Shown here in pieces: positions 18,870 to 28,119 of a stretch of 64,000 nt of DNA. Position numbers and translations under genes: made by a program. Each line of letters begins with the position of its first letter. Positions within the stretch are counted from its first letter, which is position 1. The notes below the pieces were generated by a model, which made no database searches, had not been told where the DNA came from, and saw only the letters and a list, made by a program, of their open reading frames with translations. Source of the DNA: Acidimicrobiales bacterium (lineage in GTDB: Bacteria; Actinomycetota; Acidimicrobiia; Acidimicrobiales; RAAP-2); contig DATAXG010000099.1 in NCBI GenBank assembly GCA_036273055.1, forward strand, positions 1,503 to 65,502, written 5' to 3'.

Positions 18870-20513
18870 ATGACGCAGTCATTTGATCGCCGGTCGTTCA
18901 TAGCCGGTGGACTCGCGCTGGGCGCCGGAGCCGCCATGCTCGGCGCACTCGAGGGCGAAGCGGGCGCCGCCCAGACCAACGGGCGGGGATTGAACGGGGT
19001 CTCCACCGCCAGACCCGTCCGGGGCGGTTCCCTCACCTTCGGCATCGACACCGAGGAGAGCGGCTTCAATCCCGCCACGGCGCGCTGGGACGAGGGCGGC
19101 TTCCTCTACGGCCGTACCGTCTTCGACCCGCTCGCCATCGTGAACGCCTCCGGCGGCGTGGAGCCCTACCTGGCCGAGTCGATCACCTCGAACGAGGACT
19201 TCACCGCCTTCACCATCACGCTGCGCCCGAACATCGTGTTCCACGACGGCACGCCGCTCGATGCGGCGGCGCTGCACCTCAACATTGAGAACACTGCGAG
19301 CGGCGTCTTGACGGGGCCGGCCTTCGCCGATTTCAGCAGCGCGACGGTCACCGGGCCACTGGCGGTCACCATCAACCTCAAGGCGCCGTGGGCCCCGTTC
19401 CCCTACTACCTGGCGCAGGCCCAGACGGGCTACATCGCCGCGCCGTCCATGCTCAACAGCACCGACGGCGGCACGTCGAACCCGATCGGCACCGGACCCT
19501 TCGTCTTCTCGGACTGGGTCCCCAACAGCCACATGACCGCCAGCAGGAATCCCCACTACTGGCGGAAGGGCTACCCCTACCTGAACTCCATCACCTACAA
19601 GCCGATCGTCAACGACGCCTCCCGCGCCGAAGCGCTCCAGACGGGCCAGATCGACATGATGCACTCCGGCTCTCCCAATAACCTCCTGCAGTTCAAGGGA
19701 AACAAGAAGTACGCCTATTACGACAACAGCGGGAAGGTGGTCGGACAGCCGACGGTGCAGTGCGTCATGTTGAACACCTCCACCGCCCCGTTCAACAACA
19801 AGACGCTGCGCCAGGCCATGGCGATGTGCATCAACCAGGCCCAGTTCACCAAGGTGATCGACAAGGGCGTCGACGCTCCCATGAACGGGCTCTTCCTGTC
19901 CGATAGCGAGTTCTACAGCAAGACCGCCTACCCGAAGCACAACCCGACGCAGGCCGCCAAGCTGGTCAAGCAGGTGCAGCAGGAGACGGGCAAGCAGCCG
20001 AGCTTTACGCTCAATTCCACGAGCGACCCGGAGACCCTTGCTGCCGCACAGTTCCTGCAGCAGGCCTGGCAGACCGCGGGCATGAAGGTCACCATTCAGA
20101 TCATCGCCCAGGCGACGATCATCAACGACGCGCTGGCCGGCACCTACCAGGCCACGTTGTGGCGCCAGTTCGGGGCCGTCGACCCCGACCTCAACTACGT
20201 GTGGTGGAGCACGACCACGGTCGGCCCGCCCCTGCCTCTGAACATGGCCCGCAACAACGACCCCCGCATTCAAGCGGCGCTGACAGCGGGCAGGAGCACG
20301 ACCGAGAAGGCGGACCGCATCAAGGCCTACCAACAGGTGAACCAGTACCTGGCCCAGGACATCCCCTACCTCTGGCTGGCCCGCGACACCTGGGCCGTCA
20401 TGGCGGACCCGAAGGTGCAGAACTTCGCCAACCCCACCACGCTGCAGCATTCGAAGGCCCTCGCCTTCGACGAGGGCGTGCTCTGGCCGACGCAGATCTG
20501 GATGAAGAGCTAA
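18870..20513 (+). CDS. ABC transporter substrate-binding protein, family 5 (peptide/nickel/opine type), Tat-type signal
   Basis: MTQSFDRRSFIAGGLALGAGAAMLGA (twin-Arg-like) followed by an SBP_bac_5-like body (GGSLTFGIDTEESGFNP..., YWRKGYPYLNSITYKPI). Confidence 0.8.
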   Translation: MTQSFDRRSFIAGGLALGAGAAMLGALEGEAGAAQTNGRGLNGVSTARPVRGGSLTFGIDTEESGFNPATARWDEGGFLYGRTVFDPLAIVNASGGVEPYLAESITSNEDFTAFTITLRPNIVFHDGTPLDAAALHLNIENTASGVLTGPAFADFSSATVTGPLAVTINLKAPWAPFPYYLAQAQTGYIAAPSMLNSTDGGTSNPIGTGPFVFSDWVPNSHMTASRNPHYWRKGYPYLNSITYKPIVNDASRAEALQTGQIDMMHSGSPNNLLQFKGNKKYAYYDNSGKVVGQPTVQCVMLNTSTAPFNNKTLRQAMAMCINQAQFTKVIDKGVDAPMNGLFLSDSEFYSKTAYPKHNPTQAAKLVKQVQQETGKQPSFTLNSTSDPETLAAAQFLQQAWQTAGMKVTIQIIAQATIINDALAGTYQATLWRQFGAVDPDLNYVWWSTTTVGPPLPLNMARNNDPRIQAALTAGRSTTEKADRIKAYQQVNQYLAQDIPYLWLARDTWAVMADPKVQNFANPTTLQHSKALAFDEGVLWPTQIWMKS

Positions 20514-20517
20514 CGGC

Positions 20518-22116
20518 TCAGCGCATCTCCACGTCGTCGAGGTATTCCTCGCGCCAGTGGGTGAAGCGCTCCTCGGGCAGGCGCAGACAGTAGGTCGGGC
20601 GGAGAGCCTCGACGAAGCCGCGTTCGTGGCTGACGGCGACGATGGTGCCGGGCCAGGCGCCGAGCATGGCGCCGACGGCGGTGATGGACGACGGGTCGAG
20701 GTTGTTGGTCGGCTCGTCGAGCAGGAGGAGGTTGGCCTCCCCCGCCGACAGCATGGCCAGCCCGAGCTTGGCCCGCTCCCCGCCTGAGAGGGTGCCCGGC
20801 AGCTGGTCGGCCGCCTTCGACGGCAGCCCGAACGAGCCCAACAGGGCGCGCCGGTCCCGCTCGGCCTTGAGCACGGCGTCGCTGACGTTGTCGAGCGCGG
20901 TCTGCTCGGGGTCGATCTGCTCGTGCTCCTGGGCGAAGTAGCCCAGCTCCACGTTGGCGCCGAACTCGACGACGCCGTTCGAGGGCTCCTGCGCCCCGGC
21001 CAGGCAGCGCAGCAGCGAGGACTTCCCGGCGCCGTTGCGGCCGACGATCACGATGTGATCGCCCCGGCCCGCATGGAACGTGACCTCCGAGAGCACCTCG
21101 TTGCTCCCGTAGCGGATGCCCAGCTTGGCGACTTCGAGCGGCACAACGCCGGAGCGGGGCGGCGTCGGGAGCGAGAACTTGCTGGCCCGGTCGCGCTTCT
21201 CCACGTGTGTCCGGCTCCCCTCCATGCGGTCGACCCGCCGGTCCAGCTGCTTGGCCTTGCGGGCCCGCTTCTCGGTGCTTCCCCGCATGGAGTCGGCCAG
21301 CAGCGAGAGCCGCTTGATCTCGCGCGCTTCGAGCTCGGAGGCACGCTCGCGTTGCGACTGGTCGGCCTCCTTCGCCGCCTCGAACTTGGAGTAGTTCCCC
21401 TTCCACTCGGTCAGGTGTTGGTTCGCGATGTTCAGCACCTTGGTGATGGACTGGTCCAGCAGCTTCAGGTCGTGGCTCACGACGAGGAGGGCGCCGTTGA
21501 AGCGGGCCAGCTCATCGAGCAGCCAGCGCTTGGCCGAGCGGTCGAGGTGGTTGGTGGGCTCGTCGAGGATCATCAGGTCGGGCTCCTGGAAGAGCACGCG
21601 CATGAGGTCGACGCGCCGGCGCTGGCCACCGGAAAGGGAGTCGATGTCCTCCAGGAGGAGCTCCTGCCGGAGGCCGAGGCCGTCGGCCAGACGGGCCATC
21701 ACCGATTCGGCCTCGTAGCCGCCATTGGACTGGAACTGCTCCTGCAGGTCCGTGAAGAGCTCGATGTTCTCCTCGCTCGGGTCGTCCGCCATGGCTCCGC
21801 GGGCGGTGCCCAACGCATCATCGAGGACGTCGAGGCCCCGGGCCGACAGGATGTGGGAGAAGCCGGTCGGCTCGAGCCCCAGGCCGCCCGGCACCGGTGC
21901 CTGCGGCAGGTACCCGAACGAGCCCAGGAGGCGGACGTTGCCCCGGTGGCGGAGCTGCGGCGAGGTCTCCCCCACCAGCACCGAGATGAAGGACGACTTC
22001 CCGGTCCCGTTGCGCCCGACCAGGCCGACCTTCTCGCCGGCGCCGACCACGAAAGAGGCATCCGTCAGCAGGGTGCGGTCGCCGATCTCTATGGTGAGGG
22101 CTGATCCGACGATCAC
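20518..22116 (-). CDS. ABC-F family ATPase (two NBDs, no TMD)
   Basis: 532 aa. Two Walker A motifs (GRNGTGKSS, GRNGAGKSS), two signatures (LSGGQRRRV, LSGGERAKL), and a charged inter-domain linker (KEADQSQRERASELEAREIKRL...RKAKQLDRR). Confidence 0.85.
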   Translation of the reverse strand: MIVGSALTIEIGDRTLLTDASFVVGAGEKVGLVGRNGTGKSSFISVLVGETSPQLRHRGNVRLLGSFGYLPQAPVPGGLGLEPTGFSHILSARGLDVLDDALGTARGAMADDPSEENIELFTDLQEQFQSNGGYEAESVMARLADGLGLRQELLLEDIDSLSGGQRRRVDLMRVLFQEPDLMILDEPTNHLDRSAKRWLLDELARFNGALLVVSHDLKLLDQSITKVLNIANQHLTEWKGNYSKFEAAKEADQSQRERASELEAREIKRLSLLADSMRGSTEKRARKAKQLDRRVDRMEGSRTHVEKRDRASKFSLPTPPRSGVVPLEVAKLGIRYGSNEVLSEVTFHAGRGDHIVIVGRNGAGKSSLLRCLAGAQEPSNGVVEFGANVELGYFAQEHEQIDPEQTALDNVSDAVLKAERDRRALLGSFGLPSKAADQLPGTLSGGERAKLGLAMLSAGEANLLLLDEPTNNLDPSSITAVGAMLGAWPGTIVAVSHERGFVEALRPTYCLRLPEERFTHWREEYLDDVEMR

Positions 22117-22160
22117 GCCTCATTGTACGAGCCAGAACCCCCGGTCGATACACTCCGCCA

Positions 22161-23792
22161 ATGCCCGCACTCGACCGCAAATGGTGGACCCTGATCGCCG
22201 TGTGCACGGCGACCTTCATGCTCCTGCTGGACATCACGGTCGTCAACGTGGCGCTGCCCGACATCCAGTCGTCGCTGCACGCGAGCTTCTCGGACCTGCA
22301 GTGGGTCGTGGACGCCTACTCGCTCACGCTGGCCGCCTTCTTGCTCACCGCCGGGGTAGCGGGCGACATCTACGGGCGGCGGAAGATTTTCGCCATCGGG
22401 CTGATCGTCTTCTCGCTGGCGTCGCTGGTCTGCGGCCTCTCCACCACACCCCTCATGCTCAACCTCGCCCGTGCCGTGCAGGGCGTCGGGGGCGCCATCA
22501 TGTTCGCCACCTCGCTGGCCCTCATCGCCGCCGCCTTCACCGGTCGCGACCGCGGGACGGCCTTCGGCATCTACGGCGCGGTGATCGGCGGCGCCGTGGC
22601 CATCGGTCCCCTCATCGGCGGCGCAATCACCAGCGGCATCGGATGGCGCTGGATCTTCTTCGTGAACGTGCCCATCGGGGCCATCGCCGTGGTCATCACG
22701 TTCACCCAGATCGCCAAGTCGGAGGACCTGCGGGCGCGCCGGATCGACTGGGTCGGCTTCGTCACCTTCTCGGTGAGCCTCTTCTTGCTCGTGTTCGCGC
22801 TCGTCCGGGGCAACGACTTCGGATGGGGCAGCGCGACCACCATCAGCCTGCTCGTGGGCGCAGGTGTGCTCATGGTGGGCTTCTTCATCAACGAGCGCTT
22901 CACGGCGGACCCGATGCTCGACCTGGGCCTGTTCAAGATCCCCGCCTTCGTCGGGCTCTCGACGGTGGCCTTCTGCCTGGCGGCGTCCATCTTCGCCATG
23001 TTCTTGTACCTGACCCTCTACATCCAGGACAACCTCGGCTACGGCCCGCTCGCCGCCGGCGCCCGCTTCCTACCCATGACGCTGCTGATCTTCTTCACGT
23101 CCTTCTTCGCGGGTCGCCTCACCGTGCGGGTGCAGTCGCGTTTCCTGCTCGGCATCGGCATGCTCTTCGTCACCGGTGGGCTGCTGCTCATGGCAACGAC
23201 CCATCCCGACTCGACCTGGACCGTGCTGCTGCCGGGCTTCCTCGTCAGCGGCTTCGGCGTGGGGATCGTCAATCCCGTGCTGGCCTCGGGCGCGGTCTCC
23301 GTCGTCCAGCCCCAGCGCAGCGGCATGGCCTCGGGGGCCAACAACACCTTCCGGCAGGTCGGCATCGCCACCGGCATTGCGGTGCTCGGCGCGGTCTTCC
23401 AGAGCCAGATTGTGGCGCACACCACCGCCGCGCTGTCGAAATCGCCCTTCGGGCCGGCGGTGCTGCGTCGGGGCGGGGCCCAACTCCAGGGTGCCATGTC
23501 GTCGGGCGAAGTGCGCCAGGCGGCCTCGGCCATCCCGATCGCCGGCGCCCGCAACGCGTTGCTCCAGGCGTACCACGTGGGATTCTCGGCGGCGTTGAAT
23601 CACCTGATGGTGATCGGCGCCGTGGTGGCGCTGGTGGGTGCGGTCTGCGGGTTCGCTCTGGTGCGCCAGCGCGACTTCGTGGTCCCCACGGGGGCGCCCA
23701 GCGGTCCGCCGGGTGCAGGCAGCCAGGGCGCACCCGACGCGCCAGGCGCACCGGGTGCGCCTGAGGACGCCGTCCCCGCCGTGCATGCTTGA
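22161..23792 (+). CDS. MFS transporter, DHA2 (EmrB/QacA, 14-TMS) family
   Basis: WWTLIAVCTATFMLLLDITVVNVALPDIQSSL and GDIYGRRKIF motifs, about 14 hydrophobic helices, 543 aa. Confidence 0.85.
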   Translation: MPALDRKWWTLIAVCTATFMLLLDITVVNVALPDIQSSLHASFSDLQWVVDAYSLTLAAFLLTAGVAGDIYGRRKIFAIGLIVFSLASLVCGLSTTPLMLNLARAVQGVGGAIMFATSLALIAAAFTGRDRGTAFGIYGAVIGGAVAIGPLIGGAITSGIGWRWIFFVNVPIGAIAVVITFTQIAKSEDLRARRIDWVGFVTFSVSLFLLVFALVRGNDFGWGSATTISLLVGAGVLMVGFFINERFTADPMLDLGLFKIPAFVGLSTVAFCLAASIFAMFLYLTLYIQDNLGYGPLAAGARFLPMTLLIFFTSFFAGRLTVRVQSRFLLGIGMLFVTGGLLLMATTHPDSTWTVLLPGFLVSGFGVGIVNPVLASGAVSVVQPQRSGMASGANNTFRQVGIATGIAVLGAVFQSQIVAHTTAALSKSPFGPAVLRRGGAQLQGAMSSGEVRQAASAIPIAGARNALLQAYHVGFSAALNHLMVIGAVVALVGAVCGFALVRQRDFVVPTGAPSGPPGAGSQGAPDAPGAPGAPEDAVPAVHA

Positions 23793-24423
23793 GCCGTTCA
23801 CCCTCGAGGGGAGATTCGTCCGGCTGGAGCCGCTGACCGAAGCGCACATCCCGGCCCTGGTGGAGGCAGCCGCACTCGACCGCACCAATTATCAGTGGAG
23901 CATCACGCCCAACGGTCCCGAGCAGATGACCGACTACGTGCGCGACGCCCTCGGCAGCGTGGCCTCGGGCTCGCACGTCGCCTTCGCCACCGTCCGACGC
24001 CGACGCGGCGCCGGTCCCAACGGATCCGACCTGGTCGTCGGCGCCACACGCTTCTACGAAATCGGATTCTGGCGGTGGCCGCCCGGGGCGAGCCACCAGC
24101 GCGACGGGATCCCCGACGCGGTGGACATCGGGTACACCTGGCTGGCGGGACCGGCGCAGCGCACCCCGGTCAACACCGAGGCCAAGCTGCTGATGATGAC
24201 CCACGCCTTCGAGGTCTGGCGGGTGCACCGGGTCGGACTGCAGACCGATGTGCGCAACAAGCGGTCACGGGCCGCCATTGAGCGCATCGGGGGCAAGCTC
24301 GACGGGATCCTGCGGGCGGACCGGCCCGCGTCCGACGACACCGTGCGCGCCTCCGCCCGCTTCTCCATCCTGGCCGAGGAGTGGCCCGAAGTGAAGGCGC
24401 GCTTGACGGCGCGCCTGGCCTGA
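23785..24423 (+). CDS. GNAT family N-acetyltransferase (RimJ/RimL-like)
   Basis: MLEPFTLEGRFVRLEPLTEAHIPAL..., HRVGLQTDVRNKRSRAAIERIGG. The start overlaps the MFS stop by 8 nt. Confidence 0.75.
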   Translation: MLEPFTLEGRFVRLEPLTEAHIPALVEAAALDRTNYQWSITPNGPEQMTDYVRDALGSVASGSHVAFATVRRRRGAGPNGSDLVVGATRFYEIGFWRWPPGASHQRDGIPDAVDIGYTWLAGPAQRTPVNTEAKLLMMTHAFEVWRVHRVGLQTDVRNKRSRAAIERIGGKLDGILRADRPASDDTVRASARFSILAEEWPEVKARLTARLA

Positions 24424-24442
24424 CTCGGAGCAGCCAGCCGGC

Positions 24443-24847
24443 TCAGAGCAGCAGGGTCACTCCGTGCACCGCGAAGGCGAGTGCGTAGGCGGCGAGCAGC
24501 ATGGTCGCCAGCGCCAGCGGGACGCCGAAGAGCGACAGGGCGGTCAGGAAAACCGCGCGCGCGAGCTTCTCCCGGCGCGAGCGTGTCGCGGGACCGGTCG
24601 CGCGGTGGGCCCGTGTGCGCACCGGCATGGACAACCTCGACAGCAGCATGGTGAGCGCCAGCAACGGCAACGCAAGGTCGAGGAGCCAGGCCAGGCGCGA
24701 GCTGTAGACGCCAGGGGTGGCGATCACGCCGAAGGCGATCACCATGACGGCGACACTCAAGGTCATGATCGCCGCGATGCCGGAGGCGTTGGTGCGAGCC
24801 CCGCTCCCGTGCCCCCGGGTCGGACAGCCGGCCGCGGCTGCCCTCAT
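24443..24847 (-). CDS. small integral membrane protein
   Basis: MRAAAAGCPT... followed by three to four hydrophobic helices. ATG 24847 overlaps the upstream TGA (ATGA). It is the tail of the spurious track ORF 24443..25975. Confidence 0.5.
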   Translation of the reverse strand: MRAAAAGCPTRGHGSGARTNASGIAAIMTLSVAVMVIAFGVIATPGVYSSRLAWLLDLALPLLALTMLLSRLSMPVRTRAHRATGPATRSRREKLARAVFLTALSLFGVPLALATMLLAAYALAFAVHGVTLLL

Positions 24848-25818
24848 GGCCTGGCCGCCCCGATGTCGAAGTGGCGCTCGATCTCGTTGGCGTAGCGGAG
24901 CCCGAAGGTCCCCCCCTGCTCGGCCAACCACTCCGAGAGCTTCGTGGAGCCGGTGGCGGGTCCCTCCGTGTCGGCCAGGCCGGCGGCCATCGCCCGAAAC
25001 TCCTCGGTCGTGAGCAGCACGTCGTGCAGCACGAGCCCGAGTGCCCGGGCCAGGAGGGGCATGGTGGCGCCCGGCACGTGGACGACGCGGGCCCGGCTCC
25101 CGACCACGTCCTTGATGGTGGCGACAAGCTCGTTGAACGTGGGTCGCTCCGGACCGACGGCGTCGGTCACGCTGTCCTGCGACTCGGCCGCCTTGGCCAG
25201 GCAGAGGCGCGCCAGGTCGTCGACGTGGATCCCCCGGATCCGGTACTCCCCGCTTCCACCGACGGCGAACACGGGCAGCCGTCGGAGGAGCCAGGCGATG
25301 TTGTTGAGGAGGACACCGTCGCCGCCGAAGAGGATGGCTGGGCGCACGACGGCGTAGGAGACGTCGCATTCGGCCAGCGCGCGCTCCACCAGGGCCTTGC
25401 CCCGGAAGTACGGGTACGGCGACGTGCTGGAGGGGTGCGTGATGCTCACGTGCACGATGCGTTGGACGCCCGCCTTCTTGGCCGCATGGAACAGCGCTCG
25501 CGAGTTGGCCACCGCGCGCTCGTGGTCGATGGCGCCGTGGGGGAAGCGCACCCAGTAGGTGTTGAAGAGCGTCGTGGCGCCCGACAGCGACGCCGCCAGG
25601 CCCAGGTGGTCGTCGAAGTCGAGCGGGCGGATGTCGATCGGTGACCCGGCCGGGGCACGATCGGGGTGCCCCGTGAGGGTCCGCACCTGCCGGCCGCCGT
25701 GGAGGAGCTCCCGGGCCAGGACGGCGCCCGAGTAGCTGAAGGCCCCGGTGACCACGTCGAGGCCCGTGTCGGTGGACCCGCCCCCTCCTGGCGTACAGGT
25801 GGACACCACGCCGGTCAT
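24844..25818 (-). CDS. NAD(P)-binding SDR/NmrA-like (atypical SDR, NDUFA9-like) protein
   Basis: VVTGAFSYSGAVLAREL (Rossmann Gly motif variant), PYFRGKALVE, and a RPAILFG-type segment. 324 aa. ATGA overlap with the TetR stop. Confidence 0.7.
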   Translation of the reverse strand: MTGVVSTCTPGGGGSTDTGLDVVTGAFSYSGAVLARELLHGGRQVRTLTGHPDRAPAGSPIDIRPLDFDDHLGLAASLSGATTLFNTYWVRFPHGAIDHERAVANSRALFHAAKKAGVQRIVHVSITHPSSTSPYPYFRGKALVERALAECDVSYAVVRPAILFGGDGVLLNNIAWLLRRLPVFAVGGSGEYRIRGIHVDDLARLCLAKAAESQDSVTDAVGPERPTFNELVATIKDVVGSRARVVHVPGATMPLLARALGLVLHDVLLTTEEFRAMAAGLADTEGPATGSTKLSEWLAEQGGTFGLRYANEIERHFDIGAARP

Positions 25819-26462
25819 GACCGGGCTGCCGTCGGGGCCGGGGTGAGGGCCTCGAGGAGGGTGGCCAGGCTCTTGGCGTGGGCGAAGAGGCCGAGCGCGC
25901 GGGCACGGTCGCCGTCGAGATGGGTGAGCATCTCGAGACCGAGATAGAGGGCGACGATGGCGTACGCCACGTCACCGGGTGGCAGGACGGAGTCGAGCGG
26001 CGGACCCAGCGTGCTCGTCACGGCCTGCTCGGCGAACGCGAACCAGGGCCCGAGCCGGGCGGACACCTCGGCCCCCAACCCCGGTGTGGACGACGCGCCG
26101 GCGATCATCTCGACGAGGACCGCCACGTAGCCGGCGTCGAGATCCTCCTCGAAGATGTCGGTCGCCACGTCGACGAGCTCGGTCGGTGAGGCGACCCGTT
26201 CCACCGCTGCTCCGTACTGCTCCATGCGGGTGGCGCTCACCGAATCGAGCGCGGCCAGCAGGAGGTTGGCCACCGAGGCGAAGTGGTAGAAGATCAGGCC
26301 CTGGTTCAGCCCGGCACGGTCGGCGATCGCCCGGGCGCTCGACCCGGCGTAGCCCTCGGCCTTGAGCGTCTCTCTGGCGGCGTCGATCAGCTTCGTGCGG
26401 GTCCCAGCCGAGCGGGACGAGTCCCTTCCCACCAGGCTGCTCGACGCTCCGGACTTGGCCAT
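25815..26462 (-). CDS. TetR/AcrR family transcriptional regulator
   Basis: RTKLIDAARETLKAEGYAGSSARAIADRAGLNQGLIFYHFAS is a classic TetR N-terminal HTH. Confidence 0.85.
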   Translation of the reverse strand: MAKSGASSSLVGRDSSRSAGTRTKLIDAARETLKAEGYAGSSARAIADRAGLNQGLIFYHFASVANLLLAALDSVSATRMEQYGAAVERVASPTELVDVATDIFEEDLDAGYVAVLVEMIAGASSTPGLGAEVSARLGPWFAFAEQAVTSTLGPPLDSVLPPGDVAYAIVALYLGLEMLTHLDGDRARALGLFAHAKSLATLLEALTPAPTAARS

Positions 26463-26476
26463 CCGCTGCTCTCTTA

Positions 26477-26494
26477 TTTGAGTGATTGCTCAAA
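26477..26494. promoter_or_regulatory. inverted repeat, candidate TetR operator
   Basis: TTTGAG-tgattg-CTCAAA, 15 bp upstream of the TetR start in an AT-rich patch. Confidence 0.45.
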
Positions 26495-26678
26495 GCATAC
26501 ACACAAATTTGGGCCGTCGAACGGGTCGGCCACGACATGCCTGTGGGCCGGCGCGGTGGCCGCCGGGTCGGGCGCGATCGGCACGGGACCGGGCGTGCCC
26601 TCGCCCCGCGTGCAGGGTCGACCAGGGTGCGCAGGGAGGCGCGGCCGGCGTCGGCCGGCGTTCTCCGACGGGTGCTCG

Positions 26679-26990
26679 CTAGGCCCGGCTGAGCGTGGCC
26701 GAGATCTTGCGCAGGTGGAGCGCGTGGACGGCGGCTTCCGCCTCGTCCTTGGGACGCACCGCCGCCACCGCCTTGCCCGTGCGGTGGATCAGCTGGGCCA
26801 GCTTGTCGGCCCGCTCGACCGTGTGACCGAAGATCTCGACGAAGGCCAGGATCACCGTCTGAAAGGTGGTGACATCGTCGTTCCACACGATCACGGCCCA
26901 GAGATCCTCGAAGTCGAAGAAGGCGTCGATGTCCTCGTCGGCCACGACGGGAAGTTCGACGGTCGTGCTGGGTTCGAGTGTCCGAGGCAT
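26679..26990 (-). CDS. clpS: ATP-dependent Clp protease adaptor ClpS
   Basis: 103 aa from MPRTLEPSTTVELP.... WAVIVWNDDVTTFQTVILAFVEIFGHTVERADKLAQLIHRTGKAVAA is the ClpS core. Terminates with TAG. Confidence 0.85.
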   Translation of the reverse strand: MPRTLEPSTTVELPVVADEDIDAFFDFEDLWAVIVWNDDVTTFQTVILAFVEIFGHTVERADKLAQLIHRTGKAVAAVRPKDEAEAAVHALHLRKISATLSRA

Positions 26991-27072
26991 GGATCTCCGG
27001 GCGTGAAACGGGCGCAGGTACGGGCCGGAATTCAGCCCGTAGAAGTGTAGTCCTGAGGGATAGCGTGCGGAG

Positions 27073-28119
27073 ATGCGAGCCACCATCCTCGAAGGACCGC
27101 GCAACGTCAAAGTCGTGAACGTCCCCGACCCGGTCCTGCCCGGGCCCGAAGGCGTGATCGTGACCGTCGAGCGGACCGCCATCTGCGGGTCCGATCTGCA
27201 CCTGTACCACGACGCGCCGACGGGCAGCGGCATCCGGCTGGGCCACGAAGCCATCGGGACGGTGGCCGAGGTCGGGCCCCACGTGCACAGCCTGCGGGCA
27301 GGCGATCGCGTGCTGGTCTCGGGCGTCATCGGGTGCGGCGTCTGCACGGCCTGCCTGGCCGGCCAACCCAACGTCTGCCTCGCCGACAAGGCCACCGCGT
27401 TCGGGACGGTGCCCGACCTTCCCGGTGGGCAGGCCGAGGCCATGGCGGTGCCGTTCGCCGACCTCTTCGCCCTCCCCATCCCCGAGGGCGTGGCGGACGA
27501 GGAGGCGGTGCTCCTCACCGACATCCTTCCGACGGGCTATCTCGGCGCCCTGCGGGCGAACATCCAGCCGGGCTCCACCGTGGTCGTCGTCGGACTGGGG
27601 CCGGTCGGGATCATGGCGCTGCAGTGCGCCTCACTCTTCGGTCCGGCGCGCATCCTGGCCGTGGACATGGTGCCCGAACGACTGGCCCGGGCCGAGCGTC
27701 TCGGGGCCGAGCCCATTGACGCCCGCGTCGCACCAGGATCGCCCCAGGTCCTGGAGGCCACCGGCGGACGGGGCGCCGAGAGCGTCATTGAGGCGGTCGG
27801 GGCGGACGCCACCGTCTTGGACGCCGTCTCCTGCGCTGCGACCGGCGGCACCGTCTCGGTCGTCGGCGTCAACCTCACCATGGATCTCCCGTTCCCGATG
27901 GGGATCGTGTTCTTGAAGAGCCTCACCCTGCGCGCCGTCTTCGCCCCCATACCCGGGACGTGGCGCGCCCTCGTCCCGTTGCTCCAATCCGGCCGGCTGG
28001 CGGGCCTGGCCGAGACCTTCACGCACCGGATGGACCTGAGCCAGGCCCCCGAGGCCTACGAGTTGTTCGACTCGCGGGCCGACGGTGTCTTGAAGGTCTT
28101 GCTGACGCCGAATCCCTGA
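27073..28119 (+). CDS. zinc-dependent alcohol dehydrogenase (MDR family)
   Basis: ICGSDLHLY, GHEAIGTVAEVG, CGVCTACLAG (structural Zn Cys cluster), and VVVVGLGPVG (NAD fold). Confidence 0.85.
   Translation: MRATILEGPRNVKVVNVPDPVLPGPEGVIVTVERTAICGSDLHLYHDAPTGSGIRLGHEAIGTVAEVGPHVHSLRAGDRVLVSGVIGCGVCTACLAGQPNVCLADKATAFGTVPDLPGGQAEAMAVPFADLFALPIPEGVADEEAVLLTDILPTGYLGALRANIQPGSTVVVVGLGPVGIMALQCASLFGPARILAVDMVPERLARAERLGAEPIDARVAPGSPQVLEATGGRGAESVIEAVGADATVLDAVSCAATGGTVSVVGVNLTMDLPFPMGIVFLKSLTLRAVFAPIPGTWRALVPLLQSGRLAGLAETFTHRMDLSQAPEAYELFDSRADGVLKVLLTPNP

Noticed and set aside
18879-20450. 523-aa minus-strand ORF
   Set aside because: It lies antisense to the solute-binding protein gene, which has a Tat signal and a coherent SBP fold.
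21725-23764. 679-aa plus-strand ORF
   Set aside because: It lies antisense to the 5' part of the ABC-F gene, then out of frame across the intergenic spacer and the MFS gene. It is Arg/Pro-rich.
24443-25975. 510-aa minus-strand ORF
   Set aside because: Only its last 134 codons (24443..24847) form a plausible membrane protein. The rest is an out-of-frame shadow of the SDR and TetR genes.
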